This document shows positions 1 through 8,334 of a stretch of 64,000 bases of DNA, piece after piece. The notes below the pieces were generated by a model. The model was not told the origin of the DNA and searched no databases. It saw only the letters and a list, made by a program, of their open reading frames with translations. Origin of the DNA: a virus; the UHGV virus genome UHGV-0176771; one strand, written 5' to 3'. The translations under genes were made by a program, and so were the position numbers. How positions within the stretch are numbered: position 1 is the stretch's first letter; the number at the start of each line of letters is the position of its first letter.

Positions 1-14
1 ATACCTATAAATAC

Positions 15-200
15 CTATATCCCTTTACTGTCCAGATCTGCCTTTATAAGTTCTTTTAAATAACTGTTTGCACTCTGTCCGGTATGTGCCAGATACTCTT
101 TTAACTTTTGTCCATACTCGATATCCGTAGGGTAGTATTTTACTAAAAAATTTATTGTTTTCTCTCTGTATTTTTTTTGAGCTTCTGCATTATATGCCAT
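15..200 (-). CDS. Small ribbon-helix-helix (RHH)-like DNA-binding protein (61 aa), divergent from downstream + strand genes
   Basis: ORF track. Predicted beta strand KTINFLV followed by two helices (DIEYGQKLKEYL / SANSYLKELIKADL), as in CopG/Arc RHH proteins. Only minus-strand gene besides the XRE at 22040. Confidence 0.45.
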   Translation of the reverse strand: MAYNAEAQKKYREKTINFLVKYYPTDIEYGQKLKEYLAHTGQSANSYLKELIKADLDSKGI

Positions 201-231
201 AAAACACCAACTTTCTTGTTTATTTTATATA

Positions 232-322
232 ATAGATTAACCTATAAAACAATATCAAATTGTGGTACATTACTAAATATAAAAAATATAGATTAATCTA
301 CTTGAAATATAGCTTAACCTAT
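232..322. repeat. Three iteron-like direct repeats (ATAGATTAACCTATA / ATAGATTAATCTACT / ATAGCTTAACCTATG) in the divergent intergenic region
   Basis: Repeats seen at 232-246, 288-302 and 308-322. Related CCTATA motifs at 1-23 and 402-420. Located between the minus-strand RHH gene and the first + strand gene. Confidence 0.4.
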
Positions 323-474
323 GATACCATAAGTACATCAAATGACAGAGACAAAAAGCTAAACAAAAACCATTTGACTGTACTTTGATAATTTAATAAG
401 GCTTTACACCTATAACTATATCCATTATAATATAGATAAATGTAAACCACAATATTTATATTATAAAAAAGGAT

Positions 475-660
475 GTGAGAGGAATGATACAAGGCATGAG
501 TGAAAACGAATTAAAACAAGTGACAATAGATTACTATGTTAACTTGCAACGTATTAAAAAGGCTGAAACAGGCAACAACCCAGAGCTTGATTATCAAATT
601 AAAGTTGTAAAAAATAAACTTGCTTCTTTAGGCATCCCGTCTGAAGAGTATGAAATGTAA
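475..660 (+). CDS. hypothetical protein (61 aa)
   Basis: ORF track. RBS-like AAAAGGATGTGAGAGGA precedes it. Followed by a hairpin AAAGGTGTA...TACACCTTT. Confidence 0.5.
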   Translation: MRGMIQGMSENELKQVTIDYYVNLQRIKKAETGNNPELDYQIKVVKNKLASLGIPSEEYEM

Positions 661-745
661 ACATTAAAATAAAAAGGTGTAAAGTCTTGTTAAGTTATTA
701 AAGGCAATACACCTTTTAATAAATTATAAGGTAGGTAGTAATAAT

Positions 746-970
746 ATGATAAAAACAAATGACGAGTTGCGACAGGCAGTAAACGATGCTATAAAAGAGT
801 CTGGTATTACTAAAACTGCATTGGCTAAAAAGTTAGGCACAAGTAGACAGGGATTTGATAAGCTCTTACAAAAAAAGCAATTTAGTCTCGATGATGCTAA
901 CTTAATATTAGATCATTTACAAATGTATGCAAGTGCTAATATAAAAAAATATGAAATAAAAAAGTATTAA
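746..970 (+). CDS. HTH DNA-binding protein (74 aa)
   Basis: ITKTALAKKLGTSRQGFDKLL matches the HTH helix-turn-helix pattern. RBS GGTAGGTAG upstream. Confidence 0.6.
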   Translation: MIKTNDELRQAVNDAIKESGITKTALAKKLGTSRQGFDKLLQKKQFSLDDANLILDHLQMYASANIKKYEIKKY

Positions 971-988
971 AAAAAGCATAAAAAAAGG

Positions 989-1017
989 TTGACAATATCG
1001 AGAGCATATGATATTAT
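989..1017 (+). promoter_or_regulatory. Near-consensus sigma-A-type promoter (TTGACA-17 bp-TATTAT)
   Basis: TTGACA at 989-994, 17-nt spacer, TATTAT at 1012-1017. No ORF immediately downstream. Confidence 0.5.
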
Positions 1018-1047
1018 AATTACAACGAAACGAGATAACAGTAAAAC

Positions 1048-1093
1048 AGGCAAGCGGTAAAGCCGTACAGATTCAATTCTAACTTGCCTTTTG
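1048..1093 (+). terminator. Hairpin plus T-run terminator about 30-75 nt downstream of the strong promoter (delimits a candidate short RNA)
   Basis: AGGCAAG (1048-1054) pairs with CTTGCCT (1084-1090). Internal sub-hairpin CGGTAAAGCCG. Followed by TTTTG. Confidence 0.4.
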
Positions 1094-1514
1094 AGGACAA
1101 TAAAAAAAGTCCTCATTCAAAATGAATAAGGACTTTCAGAAATGCGATAACGCACTTCTAATCTGAACAATTAGAATATATCACATTTCTGAATAGCTGT
1201 CAACTCTGACAGTGAAATTCCTTTTAAAAACTTTTGTACATTGAAAAATCGAAAAAGGTAAGTATCGCTGACGATAATTCGGGATAGCATTACAATAACA
1301 AGCCGTATCTGTACAAACTTGAGCATATAGCATCTAGCTTGTTAATTGGATGTAAAGGACATGAGATAAGATGATAGGCGAAAAAAACAGAGTAGACACA
1401 TAAAAACCGCTAAAAAATGTTATACAACACATTTTTAAATTGTGCAATGCGGTGGAACTAAAAAGAAATAAGCACATATAACTTTCACTTCCAACAGAAA
1501 GGAGGTGAAAACGT

Positions 1515-1628
1515 ATGTACTATATAACATACGACAACGAAACAGTCGTGTACAATTCCGATCACAAGCAACTTGTAAAGTGTCCAACGGAACAAGAGGC
1601 GAAAGAATATATACACGACAATTCATAA
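1515..1628 (+). CDS. small hypothetical protein (37 aa)
   Basis: Strong RBS AGGAGGTGAAAACGT then ATG. MYYITYDNETVVYNSDHKQLVKCPTEQEAKEYIHDNS. Below the ORF-track length cutoff. Confidence 0.4.
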   Translation: MYYITYDNETVVYNSDHKQLVKCPTEQEAKEYIHDNS

Positions 1629-2301
1629 AGATATTGTAACTTGTAAATCAGGACTTGTCAAGTCGGCAAGTCCTTTAAATAACAGGACGGAATAACAGAA
1701 ATTAAAACCTTGTATAGGCACGACAAGAATAAGACCTATCAAGTGCAACACTTCCGCATTAAGATTTTCCAGGAAGAAAAACAATGTGAAAGACGTGTGA
1801 CGGTGGCAAGGAGTGCACACAAAAATAACTAGGAATTGCAAAAGCATCGGAACGGCTCATACTTCCGGAAGGCTCAAGATCAGCAATGCCTCATAGTTGT
1901 GCTGACATTAAGGAGCTTGTATATCTCCTTTTTAAAACAGATTATACAAGGTTTATCGTAAGTAACTATTATCCTAAAAATAGTTGGAGCAGGAAGTCTA
2001 AAATTGACATGATGTTTGTATCTGTACCTGAAATAGAACTAAAAACAAACCGTGAGTACTTTAGTAGGCAACACGTAAAAACTTTATCAATCCTATAGAA
2101 TATGGATGTAATAAGCAAAAATTAAGCCACGCCTTAGTCACTGGCGTAGAATAATCTACAACAAACTTTGAAACCGCTTAAAATTATGCTTAATATCTGT
2201 TATCGGTATACGGTTTTCCAGTCCGGCATGAGTTCACGACTCTGACAGATATTTATTGTAACAGAGAATAAACAATCAGATAAGAATGAGAGGTAAACAA
2301 A

Positions 2302-2415
2302 ATGAGAAGCAAGAAAAGAAATCTGAAAAACAGAATTAACGAGATCACAACTCTGTTAATGCCGATTGTATTAACAGTCAGCATGGTTGGCTACTGGTTA
2401 GCTTTTGGATATTAA
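2302..2415 (+). CDS. small hydrophobic peptide (37 aa), putative membrane protein
   Basis: RBS AGAGGTAAACAAA then ATG. MRSKKRNLKNRINEITTLLMPIVLTVSMVGYWLAFGY, basic N-terminus plus one transmembrane (TM) helix. Confidence 0.35.
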   Translation: MRSKKRNLKNRINEITTLLMPIVLTVSMVGYWLAFGY

Positions 2416-2434
2416 AGAAATAGAGGTAGTAAAA

Positions 2435-2890
2435 ATGTATACTTTTAAAACATCAAATGAAAACATTGTTTTTTCTGCTGTATATTGTGACTGTTGCAAA
2501 CACAAATGGACAGCTACAAAATATGTTAATAAAGATGGTAAATGGATTGAAACAGATTTTTATAAACGTTTTGATACACTAGATGAACTGAAAGAATTTG
2601 TTGAAAATTATAAAGAAGCTGAAAACAGATATTATTTTTCAGAAGATAACAGGGAATCACACCCAGAAATAATGGATAAATCATTTACAGAAAATCAATT
2701 GAAAGAAGTCTATCGAGACATCATCGACAAAACAGAATATCATGACTTCCATGAATGGTTTTCGGATATGTTAAAAAGTGGACTGATCTTACATAAGGAA
2801 GAAAGAAAAACGACTAAATTAACAAATGAGCTTATGGACACAATTGCAACATATATGGATGATGAAAAAAAGAGAACAGGTGCATTTTGA
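2435..2890 (+). CDS. hypothetical protein (151 aa from ATG 2435; ORF track starts at a TTG at 2405)
   Basis: RBS TAGAGGTAG 8 nt before ATG 2435. Acidic protein with CDCC motif. Confidence 0.55.
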   Translation: MYTFKTSNENIVFSAVYCDCCKHKWTATKYVNKDGKWIETDFYKRFDTLDELKEFVENYKEAENRYYFSEDNRESHPEIMDKSFTENQLKEVYRDIIDKTEYHDFHEWFSDMLKSGLILHKEERKTTKLTNELMDTIATYMDDEKKRTGAF

Positions 2891-3031
2891 ACTAGCGCCA
2901 TGCAGCCAAGAAGAATTTTTAAAAAGGTATCTGGAATTGGATCCAGATTTTGCTAAACTGTTGTATAATGAGTTTGGGATTGAAATTTAAAGAATATCCA
3001 GCCTATCGGATGTGAAGAGAAAGAGGAAGAT

Positions 3032-3199
3032 ATGAAAGAGTATATTGTATATGAAGTTGGAAACGGTAGAAAATGGTTTGTTAAAAATTTAGGAACGGAT
3101 AAATTTACAGCAGAAGTTCTTTTTGATCACATGGTAACCGATTGGAATAACGGACATCATTCGACAGTTATTATTATGAAGGAAGAAATAACAGAATAA
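3032..3199 (+). CDS. small hypothetical protein (55 aa)
   Basis: RBS GAAAGAGGAAGAT then ATG. MKEYIVYEVGNGRKWFVKNLG... Confidence 0.35.
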   Translation: MKEYIVYEVGNGRKWFVKNLGTDKFTAEVLFDHMVTDWNNGHHSTVIIMKEEITE

Positions 3200-3286
3200 G
3201 CCGGACACGTTACGGCTCTGTCAAGAAATATATTGCACTGTAACGGGAAATCCTTTATAATATAGAAAGAAAGGGGATACAAAACT

Positions 3287-3547
3287 ATGACAAAAGAGCA
3301 GGAAATTGAGATATTAATGGAAGATTATTGTACTAGATCGGAAGCAGAAGATCATTTGAAATGTGGAACGATTGTATTTGAAGAATCTGATTTAAAAAAA
3401 CATTGTGAATTATATGTAAAAGAATGGAAATTTGATGAAGAAGAAGCCGAAAGTTTTCGGACTATGCTAAATGGTGGGAAGTTGTTTGCAGATTGGGGAA
3501 AGGTCGAAAAGGACGGTAATACATTCTATATCATGTATTGCTTATAG
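3287..3547 (+). CDS. hypothetical protein (86 aa)
   Basis: ORF track. RBS AAAGGGGATACAAAACT then ATG. Confidence 0.55.
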   Translation: MTKEQEIEILMEDYCTRSEAEDHLKCGTIVFEESDLKKHCELYVKEWKFDEEEAESFRTMLNGGKLFADWGKVEKDGNTFYIMYCL

Positions 3548-3555
3548 AATAGGAG

Positions 3556-3777
3556 GTGACGAAAATAACTCTAAAACAAAAAATTGAATCTGCATATACT
3601 ATGGCAGGAATGACACAAACAGAATTTGCGAAACGTATGGGAATGAGTCAACAAACATTTTCGAGCCGTTTAAAAGTGGGAAAGTTTACACAAGAGGAAC
3701 TTGAAAAAATGGCTAGTATTGTGGGTGCTGAATGGAAAAGTGGATTTTACTTTCATAATGGGAATAGGATCGAATAA
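3556..3777 (+). CDS. XRE-family HTH transcriptional regulator (73 aa; GTG start, start uncertain)
   Basis: MTQTEFAKRMGMSQQTFSSRL is a typical XRE HTH. GGAGGTG directly upstream. Terminator follows, then a promoter with palindromic operators. Confidence 0.6.
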   Translation: MTKITLKQKIESAYTMAGMTQTEFAKRMGMSQQTFSSRLKVGKFTQEELEKMASIVGAEWKSGFYFHNGNRIE

Positions 3778-3789
3778 AAAGAACTGTAC

Positions 3790-3812
3790 AGAACTTTGTA
3801 TAGTTCTTTTTT
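3790..3812 (+). terminator. Rho-independent terminator after the HTH gene
   Basis: AGAACT-TTGTAT-AGTTCT hairpin followed by TTTTTT. Confidence 0.45.
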
Positions 3813-3859
3813 AATACCTAAATTAACAAATAAAACTTTGTAAAATACAAATAAATATA

Positions 3860-3917
3860 TTGACACAAAGATTTCTTTGTGATATAGTAACATCAACGAT
3901 AACAAAGAAATCTTTGT
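3860..3917 (+). promoter_or_regulatory. Promoter TTGACA-17-TATAGT overlapped by palindromic operator CAAAGATTTCTTTG, with a second copy ACAAAGAAATCTTTGT 36 bp downstream
   Basis: TTGACA 3860-3865, TATAGT 3883-3888. Inverted repeats at 3866-3879 and 3902-3917 share half-sites CAAAGA/TCTTTG. Confidence 0.45.
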
Positions 3918-4069
3918 TAAGCGTATAGCACCTTGTCAACTTCATATAGTTAATCAAATACAACGCGTTTATACGAGCAGCCAACACTGTTTAGGTACAG
4001 AACTCTTATAAGCGGAAAATCAGCAAGTGAATTAAGGGAATAAACCGTAAACAGGCTGTGTTGTATGAT

Positions 4070-4123
4070 GTTCTAGTCTATCGGTAAAAGTCCGATACTG
4101 ATGAGCAGGAGCGAAACTAGAAG
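4070..4123 (+). ncRNA. Candidate type III hammerhead self-cleaving ribozyme
   Basis: Stem III UUCUAGU / ACUAGAA. Cleavage triplet GUC (4076-4078). Stem I UAUCGG-UAAAAGU-CCGAUA. Core CUGAUGA (4098-4104). Short stem II GC-AGGA-GC. GAAA (4113-4116). Confidence 0.55.
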
Positions 4124-4158
4124 AGAATAAGAAAACATACATAAAGAAAGGGCAAAGG

Positions 4159-4557
4159 GTGGAAATTATGAAAGAATTTAGAATTGAAAATAATAAAATT
4201 TACAGTAGTAGTGGACTTTGTGAAAAAACGGATATTTTTGAAATAGTGGATAAAATTCCGTCTGGCTTTTTTGTCTGGAATATCGGAGAAAATATGGGAA
4301 GTGATGAATATATTCCACTTGCACAGGATCTAAAGCCTGGCGATAAGGAAAGTTTTGAGATAAATCCATACACTCTTAAAGCTATCAAACTTGATTTCGA
4401 AGAAGTAAAACTTTTAAGAAATGCCGCAAGAGTTGGAGTTAATAACAGAATCACCGCAGAAAAAGCATTAAAAAGCAAAAGAAAAGGATATTGGAGTAAT
4501 AGAAAAAGAGAACAGGCAGAAAAAACAATTGAAATCTTTAATCGAATAACAGCGTAA
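4159..4557 (+). CDS. hypothetical protein (132 aa)
   Basis: ORF track. RBS AAAGGGTGGAAATT then ATG. Confidence 0.55.
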   Translation: MEIMKEFRIENNKIYSSSGLCEKTDIFEIVDKIPSGFFVWNIGENMGSDEYIPLAQDLKPGDKESFEINPYTLKAIKLDFEEVKLLRNAARVGVNNRITAEKALKSKRKGYWSNRKREQAEKTIEIFNRITA

Positions 4558-4635
4558 AACGAATTTGTTTCAGCATGGCTTTATCAAAAATTGTAAGAAA
4601 TACAAAACTTTATACTAGACAGGAGGAAAAATACA

Positions 4636-5253
4636 ATGTTAGCAAGAACAATCAAACACGAAGAATTAAAAGGCGGCTACACGATGGGAAAGAAAATCAT
4701 CATTGATGCCTGTGAGATTTTCGGAGAATTTGAAGTTATGGCAATGTATGAAGATGGTAAGGAGTTAGAAAGCAAAACCGTAACAACGGAAAGCGAAGCA
4801 ATTAAAGTATTTGATGAGCTGTTTTTAAAGTATGCGGAGCCGTTACAATGTGCGCTTTATAATAAATTACATTCTGGAAAGAAATATACACTTGTGTATT
4901 TGAATGACTTTGGTTTTCCGGTAGCTGAAAAGATCACTTTTCATTCTGTTAGATCATCCACATATGCACAACACAGCGATGTTATGGAAATGATTTTTAC
5001 ACCATACCGAAAAAGAACACAATATAGAAAACTCTTCTATAACTGTTCTATGATGATTTTTGAAGGTTGGCAGGATTTAAAAGAAGAGGAAATAAAAGAA
5101 ACTTTTGAAGATAATAAAAATGTAAAAATTACAAAATCAAAATATGGCTGCTTTGACAGTAGGTATATTGATGATTTAGAGAACTGTTTTAAAAATCCAG
5201 TTGTTATCTTTAAGAATTATAAAACAGGTGTAAATGGTAAAATTTACGCATAG
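4636..5253 (+). CDS. hypothetical protein (205 aa)
   Basis: ORF track. RBS CAGGAGGAAAAATACA then ATG. Confidence 0.6.
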   Translation: MLARTIKHEELKGGYTMGKKIIIDACEIFGEFEVMAMYEDGKELESKTVTTESEAIKVFDELFLKYAEPLQCALYNKLHSGKKYTLVYLNDFGFPVAEKITFHSVRSSTYAQHSDVMEMIFTPYRKRTQYRKLFYNCSMMIFEGWQDLKEEEIKETFEDNKNVKITKSKYGCFDSRYIDDLENCFKNPVVIFKNYKTGVNGKIYA

Positions 5254-5269
5254 TAAGGAGAAATAAACC

Positions 5270-5443
5270 ATGACAAAACAGTTTTTAAAACGTGTTATCA
5301 CTGAATCGATCGTTGATACAAAGATGCACAGATACATATACAATACAGGAAATGGAAATATTGAACGTTTACCACTGGAAAAGCTAAATACAACATATGC
5401 TTTAACAGATTGGGAAGTAGTCGGAAACGTAAGGGATTTATAG
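5270..5443 (+). CDS. small hypothetical protein (57 aa)
   Basis: Strong RBS TAAGGAGAAATAAACC then ATG. MTKQFLKRVITESIVDTKMHRYIYNTGNGNIERL... Confidence 0.45.
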   Translation: MTKQFLKRVITESIVDTKMHRYIYNTGNGNIERLPLEKLNTTYALTDWEVVGNVRDL

Positions 5444-5455
5444 AAAGAGGTTTGA

Positions 5456-5833
5456 ATGATGAAGCGGAAAATATTATATATCGGTGCTGTTGCAATTATT
5501 TCTTTTACCACATTTATAATAGGAAGAAACTCGGTTGAAAACACACCGAAACAAGCTCAGGAAACAGTCGCAGAAATGCCGGAAACATATATTGACACAG
5601 AAGAAATCGAAAGCGTTACTATTGGAACAGAGGGGTTTGAGTTAAATTTTTCGGACGGAACTGGCTATTATATCGAAACAGACGTTACACCGGATAGCGG
5701 ATATATCAATGTAAATGATATAAAAGGTTGGGAAACCTGGAACGATGATGAAAAAGTATATCTATCTGTAGGTGATTGGATAATCAGCAAAGAGCCATAT
5801 ACAACAAATACGAAAGCGGAAAGAATGGAATAG
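5456..5833 (+). CDS. membrane-anchored protein (125 aa, N-terminal TM helix)
   Basis: ILYIGAVAIISFTTFIIG hydrophobic segment after a basic N-terminus. RBS AGAGGTTTGA then ATGATG. Confidence 0.55.
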   Translation: MMKRKILYIGAVAIISFTTFIIGRNSVENTPKQAQETVAEMPETYIDTEEIESVTIGTEGFELNFSDGTGYYIETDVTPDSGYINVNDIKGWETWNDDEKVYLSVGDWIISKEPYTTNTKAERME

Positions 5834-5959
5834 GAAGAGACATGATGGAAAATTTTTATAACAAGCATCAGATACAGTTAATTAATATCACACAGAGGAA
5901 ACGCCAGATTGAGCTGATCTCGGTTGAAAGAAGTGGAACGAAGCAAAAGGAAAGGGGTC

Positions 5960-6184
5960 ATGATTATGATAACAGTAGGAAAATCTTTGGCAGATTATAC
6001 GTTTGAGGAACTGGAAAATTTAGACAAGAATATACTAACGAATGAAGAGTGTGAGCAGATTCGGGAGAATCCTCTCGTAACATTGGAGATTTTAGGAAGA
6101 AGTACATACAGACGCGGTAGAATATGGATTGATGTTCATATCGAAAATGAAGAAAGACAATGTAACATAGATGTATACGTTTAG
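5960..6184 (+). CDS. hypothetical protein (about 74 aa from ATG 5960; ORF track starts at 5924)
   Basis: RBS AAAGGAAAGGGGTC then ATG 5960. Terminator hairpin AAGCACTTGTA...TACAGGTGCTT follows. Confidence 0.45.
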   Translation: MIMITVGKSLADYTFEELENLDKNILTNEECEQIRENPLVTLEILGRSTYRRGRIWIDVHIENEERQCNIDVYV

Positions 6185-6251
6185 AAAGCACTTGTAATTA
6201 TACAGGTGCTTTTATTATAGAAAATTTTACATATTAAAGGAGATTAGAAAA

Positions 6252-7196
6252 ATGAGTAGAAACGGAAAACTTGAACCTATGGAAGTGGAAACAATGATGA
6301 ATGAAGCAAGAATGCTAAACAATATCATTGAAGTTGGAGAAAGAATGATCGTATCAGACAAAATGGAAGAAGCAAGATCGAAACATGATGGAAGAGAAAA
6401 GGCAATTATCAGCATCAATCCGTTGCTTATTCATGTTCCAGATTGGCAAAGAGATTTAACAGTTAATACAGCGAAGAAAATCGGTTCCGAATTTAGTCCA
6501 TATAAATGGGATTTACCAAAAATCATGCATAAGAATAATAAATTTTATGTTGTTGACGGTATGCACAGAATCATTGGCGCTTATTTTGGAAACATGAAAT
6601 TGATTCAGGTTGAAGTATTGATCGGAATTACAGAAGCAGAAGCGGTTGACTTATTCTTGTCACAGCAAGACGATCGAAAAACCATGACTCCTGTCGATAT
6701 CTACAGTGCGGCGCTTGTAGCTAAAAAAGAAGAATATGTTACATTAAAATCTATCTGTGACAGAAACCACATTGCTGTTAAGGGAGATAGGAGCCCAGTA
6801 AAAAATCCTATTGGTATTTTAACTTCTGTCTCTGACGGTGCAAAGATGTCGAGAGCTTGTCCGGATTTATTAGACAGAATTTTACAACTTATCGTAAAAC
6901 TACAATGGAACGGGGGCAAAACTTATCGTGAAGGAAAGGCATTTAGCGCGAAAGTATTAAGAGTATTTAGAAAATTATATGCCTACTACTCTGGAAGAGA
7001 GACAGACATGGAAAGGGTTCTGTTGAATAACTGTAAAGGAAGTAAATATTTTAATGATAATTTATCAGAGAAGTGGCAAGATTCATTATTCGATTTCCTT
7101 TCCGGTGTGATCGAAAGGAATATTGATATTCCGGCAATTGAGTCTAAGACAACACGAAAAAGAACATCAAGAAAAGCAGTAGCAAAGACTGCATGA
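6252..7196 (+). CDS. ParB/Srx-fold (ParB N-terminal nuclease-like) domain protein (314 aa)
   Basis: KFYVVDGMHRIIGAYFG matches the ParB/sulfiredoxin DGxxR motif region. RBS AAAGGAGATTAGAAAA then ATG. Confidence 0.65.
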   Translation: MSRNGKLEPMEVETMMNEARMLNNIIEVGERMIVSDKMEEARSKHDGREKAIISINPLLIHVPDWQRDLTVNTAKKIGSEFSPYKWDLPKIMHKNNKFYVVDGMHRIIGAYFGNMKLIQVEVLIGITEAEAVDLFLSQQDDRKTMTPVDIYSAALVAKKEEYVTLKSICDRNHIAVKGDRSPVKNPIGILTSVSDGAKMSRACPDLLDRILQLIVKLQWNGGKTYREGKAFSAKVLRVFRKLYAYYSGRETDMERVLLNNCKGSKYFNDNLSEKWQDSLFDFLSGVIERNIDIPAIESKTTRKRTSRKAVAKTA

Positions 7197-7301
7197 GAAA
7201 AACTTACATATTACGTTCTGTGAGTGTCACAGCTTGCAGAATGATTTCAGGGAAATAAAAAATACAACAAATAAACACAACAACAAAAGGAGAATAATAC
7301 A

Positions 7302-7442
7302 ATGGAGATTTTGAGCGAATTTACAATTTGCGGAAAGAAGTATTGCACTGTAAGAACAAAAGGCGGTGTATCAGTGGTGGAAAAATGGGAGTATAACAAC
7401 GTAGTGAACAAGTATATGAAGAACGGAGGACGTATGAAATGA
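7302..7442 (+). CDS. small hypothetical protein (46 aa)
   Basis: RBS AAAAGGAGAATAATACA then ATG. Stop overlaps the next start (ATGAAATGAATG). Confidence 0.4.
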   Translation: MEILSEFTICGKKYCTVRTKGGVSVVEKWEYNNVVNKYMKNGGRMK

Positions 7443-7687
7443 ATGTAGTTGAAACTGTTATGACGGAAAAGGAATGGAAGAAACATAATAAAGAATGGTT
7501 AGAAGGATATGTTATGGCTGCTACGAGTCAAAAATTTAAACAGTGGAAACGCAGACTGAACTTTCAGAAATTTTCTGGATTAGTTTTATTGCTGATCGCA
7601 CTGTTTATTGTAGAAACGGACGCTAAATTGTATGTTGCAATGTTTGGTGCAGCACTGATCGCATACTGGAAACCATTTTGCAAGTAA
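7439..7687 (+). CDS. membrane protein (82 aa)
   Basis: ORF track. C-terminal two TM segments LVLLLIALFIVETDAKLYVAMFGAALIAYW. Confidence 0.5.
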   Translation: MNVVETVMTEKEWKKHNKEWLEGYVMAATSQKFKQWKRRLNFQKFSGLVLLLIALFIVETDAKLYVAMFGAALIAYWKPFCK

Positions 7688-7718
7688 GAATTATTAGAAA
7701 GAAAGCAGAGGAAATATT

Positions 7719-8231
7719 ATGAATATCGAAGTAAATAAGACAAATGTAAAAGTAGAAGGAAATAATCTGGTTATCGAATTGACGGAAGAACTAAGGAAGT
7801 CTTTAGGAATGAGGCAAGAGAAACAGTTATATGAATGCAAGGTTGGAAACGTGATTGTAGACAACATTGGAAATGAATGGTATGTGGTGGAACATGATAA
7901 CAAGAACAATAGAACCAAAGTTTGGAGAAAAGAACTTCTTGACGGAACTTATAAATTCGACAGTGAATCAAATGATTTTAGAACTTCTGAAATCAAGAAT
8001 ATGTTGAATGATGAAAGAGAGAAGATTCTTACTGATATTTACAAAGGTTTTGGAAAAGAAAATGTATTAGTTGATACAGTTGATTTGCTTTCTATGGATG
8101 GACTGGATACTTACGGAATATGTAATTGTAAAGTACATTTAGGCACTTTTGATGATTACAGAAAAGCAAAAAAGAATGGTATGTTTAGGACAGAAAATGA
8201 AAAACCGTTTTGGTTAGATACACCAACCTGA
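7719..8231 (+). CDS. Second DGR target protein (170 aa). Ends at an in-frame TGA; the homologous variable repeat continues in the same frame to 8372
   Basis: C-terminus ...FWLDTPT* aligns codon-for-codon with target 1 ...YWLSTPNQT. The TGA aligns with a Gln codon. Downstream in frame is ...SSSFVQVVGGRGNVDYSVCGWGVRGVRPF, the VR. Confidence 0.65.
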   Translation: MNIEVNKTNVKVEGNNLVIELTEELRKSLGMRQEKQLYECKVGNVIVDNIGNEWYVVEHDNKNNRTKVWRKELLDGTYKFDSESNDFRTSEIKNMLNDEREKILTDIYKGFGKENVLVDTVDLLSMDGLDTYGICNCKVHLGTFDDYRKAKKNGMFRTENEKPFWLDTPT

Positions 8232-8250
8232 ACAAATGAAGGATGCTCAT

Positions 8251-8334
8251 CTTCCTTTGTTCAGGTTGTTGGCGGTCGTGGGAACGTGGATTACAGCGTT
8301 TGCGGCTGGGGCGTTCGTGGAGTTCGTCCGTTTT
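8251..8334 (+). repeat. DGR variable repeat 2 (VR2), cognate to the TR at 28394..28480, located 20 kb from the TR
   Basis: CTTCCTTTGTTCAGGTTGTTGGCGGTCGTGGGAACGTGGATTACAGCGTTTGCGGCTGGGGCGTTCGTGGAGTTCGTCCGTTTT. About 19 differences from the TR fall on TR adenines and one does not (C to T). Shares the VR-type 3' end GGAGTTCGTCCGTTTT. Confidence 0.75.

Noticed and set aside
1435-2098. ORF-track ORFs 1435..1626(-), 1623..1847(-), 1886..2098(+)
   Set aside because: They lie in the structured, hairpin-rich low-coding region. They have no RBS, odd composition and overlap obvious stem-loops. More likely noncoding.
6227-6418. Minus-strand 63-aa hydrophobic ORF
   Set aside because: Antisense to the ParB-like gene start region. 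Ile/Leu/Ser/Phe-rich, typical of an antisense AT-rich frame.
8229-8231. Genome-wide TGA recoding, or a suppressor role for the odd tRNA at 30967, as explanation for the in-frame TGA before VR2
   Set aside because: TGA is used as an ordinary stop by many well-supported genes here (e.g. MazF, Prs-like). The tRNA anticodon region reads CAT/ATA, not TCA.
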